A stretch of DNA of 43,329 nt from a virus (taxonomy: Duplodnaviria > Caudoviricetes): positions 1 through 43,329 of IMG/VR virus record IMGVR_UViG_3300030376_006642. One strand, given 5' to 3'. This document shows, piece after piece, positions 37,439-43,329 of the stretch (the first letter of the stretch is position 1; each line of letters opens with the position of its first letter). The notes beneath the pieces are model-generated. The model saw only the letters and a program-made list of their open reading frames with translations, was not told where the DNA came from and did not search any database. The position numbers and the translations under genes are program-made.

Positions 37439-37522
37439 GCCCAGTATCACAAAAGAGGCAAAAGGAGACGATAGAGTCTGAAACCTCTTGGCTACGCTCA
37501 CGCTAATAGCTCTCTACTGGGC
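37439..37522 (-). ncRNA. Structured intergenic element between ssb and nuclease
   Basis: GCCCAGTA/TACTGGGC closes two arms: AAGAGG/CCTCTT with AGAC/GTCT, and GCTA/TAGC capped by GC-GUGA-GC (GNRA on the minus strand). Confidence 0.6.
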
Positions 37523-37531
37523 TAGGACATA

Positions 37532-37768
37532 CTAAAATGGTATATCTTGTGAATCCGTTTGTGTATTTTGACTTGGTGCTGTGTCTTCTTTCTTAGTAAA
37601 TGATATTTTTAAATAACTTTTACCGCTTTTAGACTCATTAATCCAAGCTGACATATACTTATCTTCATTTTCTATTGTTGCTGTCCCTGTATAATCTGGG
37701 TGTTTATCTGTTTTTTTATCCGTATTCTTAAATAAAACACCTCTGTTATTGTTATCATATTCTGGCAT
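37532..37768 (-). CDS. ssb: Single-stranded DNA-binding protein (short OB-fold)
   Basis: GVLFKN...KHPDYTG...SAW...YLKIS and acidic DIPF C-terminus; TAAGGAG RBS. Confidence 0.75.
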   Translation of the reverse strand: MPEYDNNNRGVLFKNTDKKTDKHPDYTGTATIENEDKYMSAWINESKSGKSYLKISFTKKEDTAPSQNTQTDSQDIPF

Positions 37769-37792
37769 AATTACTCCTTATTTGTTTATTTA

Positions 37793-37890
37793 TATCTACT
37801 AGTCATAGGACTTATGCTTTATACTTAGTCTAGCATTCTTTTCGACGAGCACATCAACCCTGATGTACCTATGCCTACGACCAGTAGATA
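37793..37890 (-). ncRNA. Three-way-junction RNA in the 5' leader of ssb
   Basis: 17-bp stem UAUCUACUGGUCGUAGG/CCUAUGACUAGUAGAUA (2 G.U on minus) enclosing GUACAUCA/UGAUGUGC and AUGCU/AGCAU hairpins. Confidence 0.7.
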
Positions 37891-37896
37891 ATTCTG

Positions 37897-38262
37897 TTAT
37901 TTAGAGGATATTATTGTTTCCCTTAGTACAAACCTTTCTATTGGAGAAAGGTCTCTAATTTTATCTATTAAAGCCACAAAATCTACACTTTTAGATGCAA
38001 GTTCATAGTAATCACCTATTTCTGCTTCCCAATGCCTTCTAGATGCTAATTGTCTAGGTGAAATCTTACCATTATGACTTGCATTTTTTAAGAATCTAGT
38101 CTCTTGTGGTCCAAACTTGTCTTTTAAAAGAGTAAGTGCTTCTTCTCTTAGGTGTGGATAGCCCTCTACTGCAAGCACACATCCTGCATGATTAGATTTG
38201 TAGTTATCTTTGTAGTACTGGATAGCATTGTCATCTATCCTTAAAGTAGTGTTTACTTTCAT
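37897..38262 (-). CDS. Hypothetical protein (possible ribbon-helix-helix N-terminus)
   Basis: 121 aa, NTTLRIDDNAIQYY start. Confidence 0.6.
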   Translation of the reverse strand: MKVNTTLRIDDNAIQYYKDNYKSNHAGCVLAVEGYPHLREEALTLLKDKFGPQETRFLKNASHNGKISPRQLASRRHWEAEIGDYYELASKSVDFVALIDKIRDLSPIERFVLRETIISSK

Positions 38263-38298
38263 TATAAAACCCCTTGTTAAAATGTGATGTAATTTATA

Positions 38299-38520
38299 TT
38301 ACTTTTCTTCTTTGTCCAAACTTTTTTTACTTTTTTCTAATTCTTCAGCTTTTTTCTTCGTATGATTCTCGAATTTTTTTATATCTTTCTTAAAATCAAT
38401 GTATTCATTAATGGTATTCATTGTAAGATTTAAGTAGTGTCCCATTTTTTGCAACTCTATTACGATTGCTTTTATTTGTTCTTCTACTTTTTTTAGTCTT
38501 GATGGTTTGGTTTTAGCCAT
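38299..38520 (-). CDS. Hypothetical coiled-coil protein
   Basis: 73 aa ORF with AAGGA upstream. Confidence 0.65.
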   Translation of the reverse strand: MAKTKPSRLKKVEEQIKAIVIELQKMGHYLNLTMNTINEYIDFKKDIKKFENHTKKKAEELEKSKKSLDKEEK

Positions 38521-38729
38521 TTCTTTGTCCTTTCTTCTATTACATCATCTAAGATGTGTTTGTTTTTGCTACCATGCTCTCTGATAGCACACTTTCTACA
38601 TATTTTAAGCTCCTCAGATTTAGTAACTCCAATTTCATATGTTTTGTATATGTATTGGTGATGCCTCATCTTATATTCCTTGCACATATAGCAAGTATAT
38701 TCTCTCTTAGGTAGCTTTGCAACAATCAT
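38493..38729 (-). CDS. Zinc-finger protein
   Basis: CYMC...CRKC. Confidence 0.65.
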   Translation of the reverse strand: MIVAKLPKREYTCYMCKEYKMRHHQYIYKTYEIGVTKSEELKICRKCAIREHGSKNKHILDDVIEERTKKWLKPNHQD

Positions 38730-38863
38730 TTTTTAAGTTTTTTCCGTGCATTTTTACTTAAGTTTGTATGGATACTATTATATTCAGTACCTACTAACCT
38801 ATCATATGGCCATGGTAATTTTTTTCTCCAGTATTGTATTCTTTCCCATGTTTTTGAGTTCAT
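38726..38863 (-). CDS. Hypothetical protein (start revised to MNSKTW, 45 aa)
   Basis: AAGGAG RBS before ATG 38863; the upstream extension in the ORF track overlaps a structured element. Confidence 0.6.
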   Translation of the reverse strand: MNSKTWERIQYWRKKLPWPYDRLVGTEYNSIHTNLSKNARKKLKK

Positions 38864-38886
38864 TTTTTCTCCTTGTTTTAAATTAA

Positions 38887-38986
38887 TAGGGGCTTGACCC
38901 TCGTTAGTATTGCTTCGTCTCATCCAGATGAGTTTCTCCTTAGCACACTCGCCTGTCAATATCCCCTAGTTGTAAGCTGTCTTACA
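38887..38986 (-). ncRNA. Long interrupted hairpin plus small hairpin in intergenic gap
   Basis: UAGGGG/CCCCUA, UUGAC/GUCAA, AGUGU/AUACU (G.U on minus), GCU/AGC, CUCAU/AUGAG; preceded by UGUAAG/CUUACA. Confidence 0.6.
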
Positions 38987-38990
38987 GCAA

Positions 38991-39206
38991 TTATTCATTT
39001 ATTAATTTTAAAACTTTTATCATGTCTGGATTTATCATTATATCAGACTTTTGTAATTTTATTCTTCTACTTACAATAACTTTAAGTCCCTCTATAGTAG
39101 CTTTATGACTACCCCATACATATTTAACTTCACTTCCTATGTTTTTCATTAAGGCATTAATTAATTCATCATACAACTTAACTATTTCTGCTCTTGTTCT
39201 GCTCAT
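38991..39206 (-). CDS. Hypothetical protein
   Basis: 71 aa, AGGAG RBS. Confidence 0.65.
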   Translation of the reverse strand: MSRTRAEIVKLYDELINALMKNIGSEVKYVWGSHKATIEGLKVIVSRRIKLQKSDIMINPDMIKVLKLINE

Positions 39207-39249
39207 TGAGTCTCCTATGTTTTGGTGAATTTATTATGATAGCTAATAA

Positions 39250-39450
39250 TTACCTAGTATTTTTTACTTTTGGTATGTCTTTTGCATCATATAATTGTAG
39301 AAAAATCATCATTATCTCTGCATCGCTATCGTATTTATACCCGTTTAACCCATAGTATAAAATATTTTCTATTTCACTTATAGGTAGGTTTTCTGCTTCT
39401 CGCTGTGCAACCATTTGCTTCATTTGTTCATAGTCTGGTTTTCTACTCAT
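39250..39450 (-). CDS. Hypothetical protein
   Basis: 66 aa, GAGGAG RBS. Confidence 0.7.
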   Translation of the reverse strand: MSRKPDYEQMKQMVAQREAENLPISEIENILYYGLNGYKYDSDAEIMMIFLQLYDAKDIPKVKNTR

Positions 39451-39656
39451 TACTCCTCCTCATAACCAAATTTCTTCAAGAAACTTAGTATCTCTGTTCG
39501 TTGTGGCTCTTTACATTCTTTAAATAACCATCTCTCTATTAATAGTAATCGTTCTATCTCATCAATAGTGTCTTCATATTCACAATCTAACATCGTGCAA
39601 ACACCATCTAATATATCGCCTTTTGTTGTGTGATATTCTTTAATTAGTTCTTCCAT
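39450..39656 (-). CDS. Hypothetical protein (start revised to MEELIK)
   Basis: TAATG coupling with the upstream stop. Confidence 0.6.
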   Translation of the reverse strand: MEELIKEYHTTKGDILDGVCTMLDCEYEDTIDEIERLLLIERWLFKECKEPQRTEILSFLKKFGYEEE

Positions 39657-39928
39657 TAATCTACCTTCCTCATCACAACCCAATCTCCTACATAAAATAC
39701 ATGATTAATTACTTTGTCATATACTTTATTCTTTTTAAGCTCACCATCTTCAAACAACTCCTCATCTTCTACAAGCTCGTATTTGCCCGTATTTAGCTTA
39801 GAAATGAACTTATGGTCATCATTTATCATCCTTGCCCCTTTCTTTAGTTTTTGAGCCATTTTAAACTCATCTAATTCTTTTATCTTTATCCCTAGTTTTC
39901 TTTCCAATGAATCGTATTTATCTATCAT
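39656..39928 (-). CDS. Hypothetical protein
   Basis: 90 aa, AAGGAGGT RBS. Confidence 0.65.
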   Translation of the reverse strand: MIDKYDSLERKLGIKIKELDEFKMAQKLKKGARMINDDHKFISKLNTGKYELVEDEELFEDGELKKNKVYDKVINHVFYVGDWVVMRKVD

Positions 39929-39943
39929 TGTTACCTCCTTGTT

Positions 39944-40285
39944 TTATTTTTCTACATCCATGTAATAAACTCCATGTGTAGAGTTTGTCTTTTTATTTAC
40001 AACATTCTTTGTATGTATTTCGTAGCCTCTTTTTCTTAGTTCTCCGATAATTCCCCCTAATCTTATCGTGTTAAACTTACTCGGTGGATAACAATCTAAT
40101 TGACTGAGTGTTTTCCCCGATTTTAAGTGGTCTAATATCATTTTAGTTTTACTACCTTTTTGAAAGTACCCATTTGCCCTTAAACTTCCATCTTTATTGA
40201 TTAGTTGTGGCTTTCCTTTATATTTTAAGGTGTTATGCTGTAATTGCTTAATATTTTTAGGTCTGCCTCTTTTAGCTTTATTCAT
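39944..40285 (-). CDS. Winged-HTH DNA-binding protein with AT-hook-like N-terminus
   Basis: KRGRPK; ILDHLKSGKTLSQLDC...RLGGIIGELRKRGYEIHT...YYM. Confidence 0.75.
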   Translation of the reverse strand: MNKAKRGRPKNIKQLQHNTLKYKGKPQLINKDGSLRANGYFQKGSKTKMILDHLKSGKTLSQLDCYPPSKFNTIRLGGIIGELRKRGYEIHTKNVVNKKTNSTHGVYYMDVEK

Positions 40286-40463
40286 TCCAATACTCCTTAT
40301 GTTTTACTAGTTCACTTACTTTAGTTATGTCCTCTCTAAAAATGTTAAAACCAAATTCGTCTGAATCTATACAACTTTTTATTGCATCTTCTTTGTTTTT
40401 TGCTTTTACTATGGTGTCATCTTCTATTTTAATATAAACTCTGAATAGTTTTTCTTCATTCAT
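40278..40463 (-). CDS. Hypothetical protein
   Basis: 61 aa, VKAKNKEDAI motif; cassette RBS. Confidence 0.7.
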   Translation of the reverse strand: MNEEKLFRVYIKIEDDTIVKAKNKEDAIKSCIDSDEFGFNIFREDITKVSELVKHKEYWNE

Positions 40464-40740
40464 TTCTATCTCCTTATTAGTTAGTCGTTTATACGTCTGA
40501 GAAAATTGAGTCTTTCAGAACGCTGTGCATTAGTTTCCTTTGCTTGTTTTTTAGTTAGCATTGGCTTTTTCTTTGTGTTTTTTCTACTACTATCTATTTG
40601 GTTTTCAGCCATAACTGCTATAACTAATTTTTCTAGTAAAGTATTTTTAGTTTCTATGGACTTAGCTAATATTCCAATTTGCTCACGTCTAGTCATGTTT
40701 CTTAGTTCTTTTATAGTCATTTCTATCTCCTTATTAGTTA
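40460..40740 (-). repeat. 24-bp direct repeat flanking one early gene
   Basis: TCATTTCTATCTCCTTATTAGTTA at 40460-40483 and 40717-40740 (stop-RBS-start joint). Confidence 0.9.
40481..40720 (-). CDS. Hypothetical basic protein
   Basis: 79 aa between the two 24-bp repeats. Confidence 0.7.
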   Translation of the reverse strand: MTIKELRNMTRREQIGILAKSIETKNTLLEKLVIAVMAENQIDSSRKNTKKKPMLTKKQAKETNAQRSERLNFLRRIND

Positions 40741-41054
40741 TATTTTAGTTCTACATTAAAAGGCTCTACATCATTGCCTAAATCAAAGTTTTCTATGAAG
40801 TTCTTGATTTTATACCAATCTTCTTCATCTACTGGAAATAAATCAAATTCATCTTCACTTTCGTTAGCATCCCAAAATCGTATTTCATCATAATCGACCT
40901 CAACAGCTACACTATCCTCTACATCATCTCTACCGCCATCTTCTAGGTCTGCTATAATAGCACGTGTTAATGCTAATGCTATTGGACAGCTACACGCGTT
41001 TTTTCTTACTCCCTTTCTTATATCATCTTTAGTTACTTCAATTACAATACTCAT
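40734..41054 (-). CDS. Hypothetical acidic protein
   Basis: 106 aa, IEVTKDDIRKG...CPIALAL; D/E-rich C-terminal half. Confidence 0.75.
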   Translation of the reverse strand: MSIVIEVTKDDIRKGVRKNACSCPIALALTRAIIADLEDGGRDDVEDSVAVEVDYDEIRFWDANESEDEFDLFPVDEEDWYKIKNFIENFDLGNDVEPFNVELKYN

Positions 41055-41227
41055 TTACTTATCTCCTTTAATGTTTGTATTATATCTTCAATCCTCTTGT
41101 TTTCTTTTTCTGTTAAATTCCTTTGTTCAATATATTCTCTATCTATTATATCTTTATATTCTAATACTAATGTGTTTATATGTTCTCTTTTTTGTTTATG
41201 GTATATCTCATATTGTTTTGTAGTCAT
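41051..41227 (-). CDS. Hypothetical protein (not in ORF track)
   Basis: 58 aa, MTTKQYEIYHKQK...KEISK; AGGAG RBS; ATGA overlap. Confidence 0.7.
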   Translation of the reverse strand: MTTKQYEIYHKQKREHINTLVLEYKDIIDREYIEQRNLTEKENKRIEDIIQTLKEISK

Positions 41228-41420
41228 CGTATTATCTCCTATCTATATTCATTAATAAATCTAGTAACCGCCTCTTTTTCATTATAACCTATGTATCTTT
41301 TAATTATTATTTGATTGTCAATAATATCGCTTACGGCTATGCAACTATGATATTTTGTTATTGTTAAATCTTTATATCTCTTTTCTTCTATAATCATCGT
41401 ATTATCTCCTATTTATATTC
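41224..41420 (-). repeat. 27-bp direct repeat (1 mismatch) flanking one early gene
   Basis: TCATCGTATTATCTCCTAT(C/T)TATATTC at 41224-41250 and 41394-41420. Confidence 0.9.
41239..41397 (-). CDS. Hypothetical protein (not in ORF track)
   Basis: 52 aa, MIIEEKRYKDL...RYIGYNEKEAVTRFINEYR; AGGAG RBS. Confidence 0.7.
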   Translation of the reverse strand: MIIEEKRYKDLTITKYHSCIAVSDIIDNQIIIKRYIGYNEKEAVTRFINEYR

Positions 41421-41672
41421 GTGTATTTGCTTTAATTCTTTAGCTTTACAATTATCTATTACTATATATCTTTCTATGCCTTTATCTTGCATATACTCAT
41501 TTATTTCTTCTTTAAAAAGCTTTCTAAAGGTCTGTTCATATTGACTTCCATAGCCGTATGTTTTTCCACTATGATATACTTTACCTTTATGTCTAAATTG
41601 TACAGAATGGTAAGTATTTCCGTTTACTTTATCAAAATATTTCTTTACTAATACTATTAAATCGTTATCCAT
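41409..41672 (-). CDS. Hypothetical early protein
   Basis: 87 aa, FDKVNGNTYHS...YGYGSQYEQ. Confidence 0.75.
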   Translation of the reverse strand: MDNDLIVLVKKYFDKVNGNTYHSVQFRHKGKVYHSGKTYGYGSQYEQTFRKLFKEEINEYMQDKGIERYIVIDNCKAKELKQIHEYK

Positions 41673-41683
41673 AATTATCTCCT

Positions 41684-41893
41684 TTATTTGATTACTTTGT
41701 AGTCATATGTATATGCTACGAAATTTATATGTTTGCTTGTTGTTACACTCCACCATCCTAAAGGTTTAACTTGTCTTTTTTCATGGTCTATTTCTGCTAC
41801 TTTTGTTAAGTAACTGAATACAGAGTCATCACTTACCAACAGATTTTCTCTGTATCTTCCTAGCTTGGTTAATTCACTTAGTTCTACTTTCAT
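41684..41893 (-). CDS. Hypothetical early protein
   Basis: 69 aa, SYLTKVA...WSVTTSKHIN. Confidence 0.75.
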   Translation of the reverse strand: MKVELSELTKLGRYRENLLVSDDSVFSYLTKVAEIDHEKRQVKPLGWWSVTTSKHINFVAYTYDYKVIK

Positions 41894-41913
41894 ATTATCC
41901 CCTTTTTTGTTTG

Positions 41914-42132
41914 TTATTTGTTAGTTATCCAATTTTTATAAAATCTAGCTTGTTTTTCTCTCCAATTACGGACAGAATCACGCAACTCATCTAATTCTTT
42001 TTTTAGCTTTCTATTTTCTTCTTTTAATAATATGACTTTATCATAATTAATTTTATTATTTTCTTTAAGTTTATTTATTAAAGTTTCACCCGTTAGAGCT
42101 ACCTTTTTTGTGGTTGTTAGTTTTTTATTCAT
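41914..42132 (-). CDS. Hypothetical coiled-coil protein
   Basis: 72 aa, AAGGGG RBS. Confidence 0.65.
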   Translation of the reverse strand: MNKKLTTTKKVALTGETLINKLKENNKINYDKVILLKEENRKLKKELDELRDSVRNWREKQARFYKNWITNK

Positions 42133-42151
42133 TCCTACCCCTTTTTGCTTG

Positions 42152-42445
42152 TTATTTGATTATTTCGCTTAATGGTGTAGGCTTGAAAAACTTATCTCTT
42201 TCTATACCTAACCCAAACATTCCCTTAATACTCTTTAATTCATTAAGTGAAAAGTATCCAAATTCCTTTTCATGTCCCACTACATAGCCGAAAAATGTAT
42301 CTTTCCCATCATATTCACAGCCATACCACGTCCAACTATTCCATGGACAAAAATACTTGACATATGCCGTTTTTTTATCTCCTAGGTTTTCGGTGTCATA
42401 TAATGCTGGTATTTGATTTTCTATCTCTTTTGTCATTAGTTTCAT
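42152..42445 (-). CDS. DUF2958-like protein
   Basis: IPALYDTE...VKYFCPWNSWTWY..EYD...FFGYVVG.EKEFGYFSLNEL...IERDKFF. Confidence 0.8.
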   Translation of the reverse strand: MKLMTKEIENQIPALYDTENLGDKKTAYVKYFCPWNSWTWYGCEYDGKDTFFGYVVGHEKEFGYFSLNELKSIKGMFGLGIERDKFFKPTPLSEIIK

Positions 42446-42478
42446 GTTATCCCCTTTGTTTTGTTTGTTTGCCGTTGC

Positions 42479-42508
42479 AATTTATAATACAATTTATATT
42501 ACTTGCAA
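42479..42508 (-). promoter_or_regulatory. Early promoter for the small-gene array
   Basis: TTGCAA(42508-03)-N18-TAAATT(42484-79). Confidence 0.55.
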
Positions 42509-42636
42509 GGTTTACTTTATCTTTTTAATATCTTTTTTTATTTCTCCGAATAGATACCATAGTATTAAAATGCATATTATGTGCATCATTCTTATTGGAA
42601 TTAAATAATAAAATGGTTGATAATTTAAAAATTCTA

Positions 42637-42864
42637 TCATACTTCAAACCCCCATTTTTTAAGCTGTGTTTTTATTGTCTGCGGTAGTTCATAAACTCCA
42701 TCATAATCAATTAGCATACCATCAGCAAACCAGAGTCCGCCCTCAGTATAATAATTATTATTATTAGAGTAAATTTCAAAATATCCGTATTGTTTAATTA
42801 AATCAATCTTAATATTAATATTGATTTGTTTATTAGGTTTTATTATTGTTGTTTCTAGATTCAT
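42637..42864 (-). CDS. Hypothetical early protein (start revised to MNLETT, 75 aa)
   Basis: AAGGA RBS before ATG 42864; EGGLWF...LIDYDGVYELP; the longer ORF-track start lies inside the cloverleaf. Confidence 0.75.
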   Translation of the reverse strand: MNLETTIIKPNKQININIKIDLIKQYGYFEIYSNNNNYYTEGGLWFADGMLIDYDGVYELPQTIKTQLKKWGFEV

Positions 42865-42887
42865 TTTATCATCCTTGCTTTGTTTTG

Positions 42888-42955
42888 TTCTTGGTATGGG
42901 ATTTGAACCCATTACAATATTTTGTATTTATCCGTATGCCCTATAAAACCAAGAA
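42888..42955 (-). ncRNA. tRNA-like perfect four-way-junction RNA (not a functional tRNA)
   Basis: UUCUUGGU / UUUAU-AGGGCAUACGG-AUAAA / UACAA-AAUA-UUGUA / AUGGG-UUCAAAU-CCCAU / ACCAAGAA; canonical T-loop, no 7-nt anticodon loop. Confidence 0.8.
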
Positions 42956-42960
42956 ATAAG

Positions 42961-43327
42961 AAATAGTCTCTGTTGTTCTTAACCCGTTCACCCCTAACAA
43001 ATCCGCCAAAGCGTCTTTGGTTTGTCTTAGTGTATTATTTTACACTAGCGGTATAACTCCGCAACGTGTCTAAGTGTCTGTAAAATTTCTTCCATCTTCG
43101 ACGCTGTAAGACGCCATAAGCAGTTAAAACTACCTTGCTACTAGAGAAACCGAATTATATTGAGAAAGCGTCTGTCTGTGTATGTATACCCTCGTAAAGA
43201 TATAACTTCGTTTTAAGTGTTGCTTGTCGGTCTTTGGACTTACTCAAGCATATATTAACTTACATTTAATATATTTTCTACTTATCCATAAAATCGCGTT
43301 GCCGTCTCTCAGTTCGGGACACTATCC
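42961..43327 (-). ncRNA. Large structured ncRNA candidate B (~367 nt)
   Basis: ORF-free; ends pair (GGAUAGU/ACUAUUU); about 9 further helices, G.U pairs favouring minus; long-range GCAACG/CGUUGC pseudoknot and GCGUC/GACGC loop-loop complement. Confidence 0.7.
43251..43327. repeat. Terminal direct repeat (right copy)
   Basis: Identical to 1-77. Confidence 0.95.
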
Positions 43328-43329
43328 CA

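Noticed and set aside
38915-38940. Hammerhead ribozyme (CUGGAUGAG, GAAAC)
   Set aside because: The core is not CUGANGA and the element order and stems do not fit; likewise for UGAUGU...GAAA near 37840-37856.
40460-41420. CRISPR array or attachment sites from the 24-27 bp repeats
   Set aside because: Only pairs, separated by whole genes and made of RBS/start sequence; no integrase present.
42888-42955. Bona fide tRNA gene or tmRNA
   Set aside because: No D-loop consensus, no 7-nt anticodon loop and no CCA; the acceptor-like stem closes locally, so it is not the tRNA-like domain of a tmRNA.
42961-42980. Group I intron or RNase P identity for ncRNA B (CAGAGACUA resembles the group I R element)
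   Set aside because: No downstream S element or interrupted gene, and no GAGGAAAGUC RNase P signature.

Overview
The window is an apparently complete, circularly closed ~43.25 kb AT-rich (roughly 30% GC by eye) tailed-phage genome: bases 1-77 recur at 43251-43327. Podovirus-like architecture. The + strand (845-33971) carries TerS, TerL, a P22-type portal, scaffold, a major capsid protein with a large insertion, four tiny hyper-basic proteins, two adaptor/ring paralogues, a 1720-aa nozzle, a fibre, four ejection proteins, LamG-domain fibres, a GH24 lysozyme, small membrane proteins and a calcineurin-like phosphoesterase. The - strand (33961-42864) carries a RuvC-like resolvase, an HTH replication initiator with internal 22-bp iterons, a Rad52/Sak-like annealase, a Cas4-like nuclease, an SSB and an array of small early genes joined by repeated RBS cassettes. 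I recognised no integrase, repressor, polymerase, primase or helicase. The most unusual content is non-coding. Around the packaging/terS junction there are two large, pseudoknotted minus-strand RNA candidates (~503-789 and ~42961-43327). There is also a perfect four-way tRNA-like cloverleaf (42888-42955) whose loop is complementary to a hairpin loop at 422-438, and a remote copy of the replication iteron (478-504) at the 3' end of the first RNA. Four more structured intergenic elements occur, including an RBS-sequestering pseudoknot before the LamG fibre module. All protein calls come from motif recognition and gene order, and all RNA structures were folded by eye. No database search or folding program was run.
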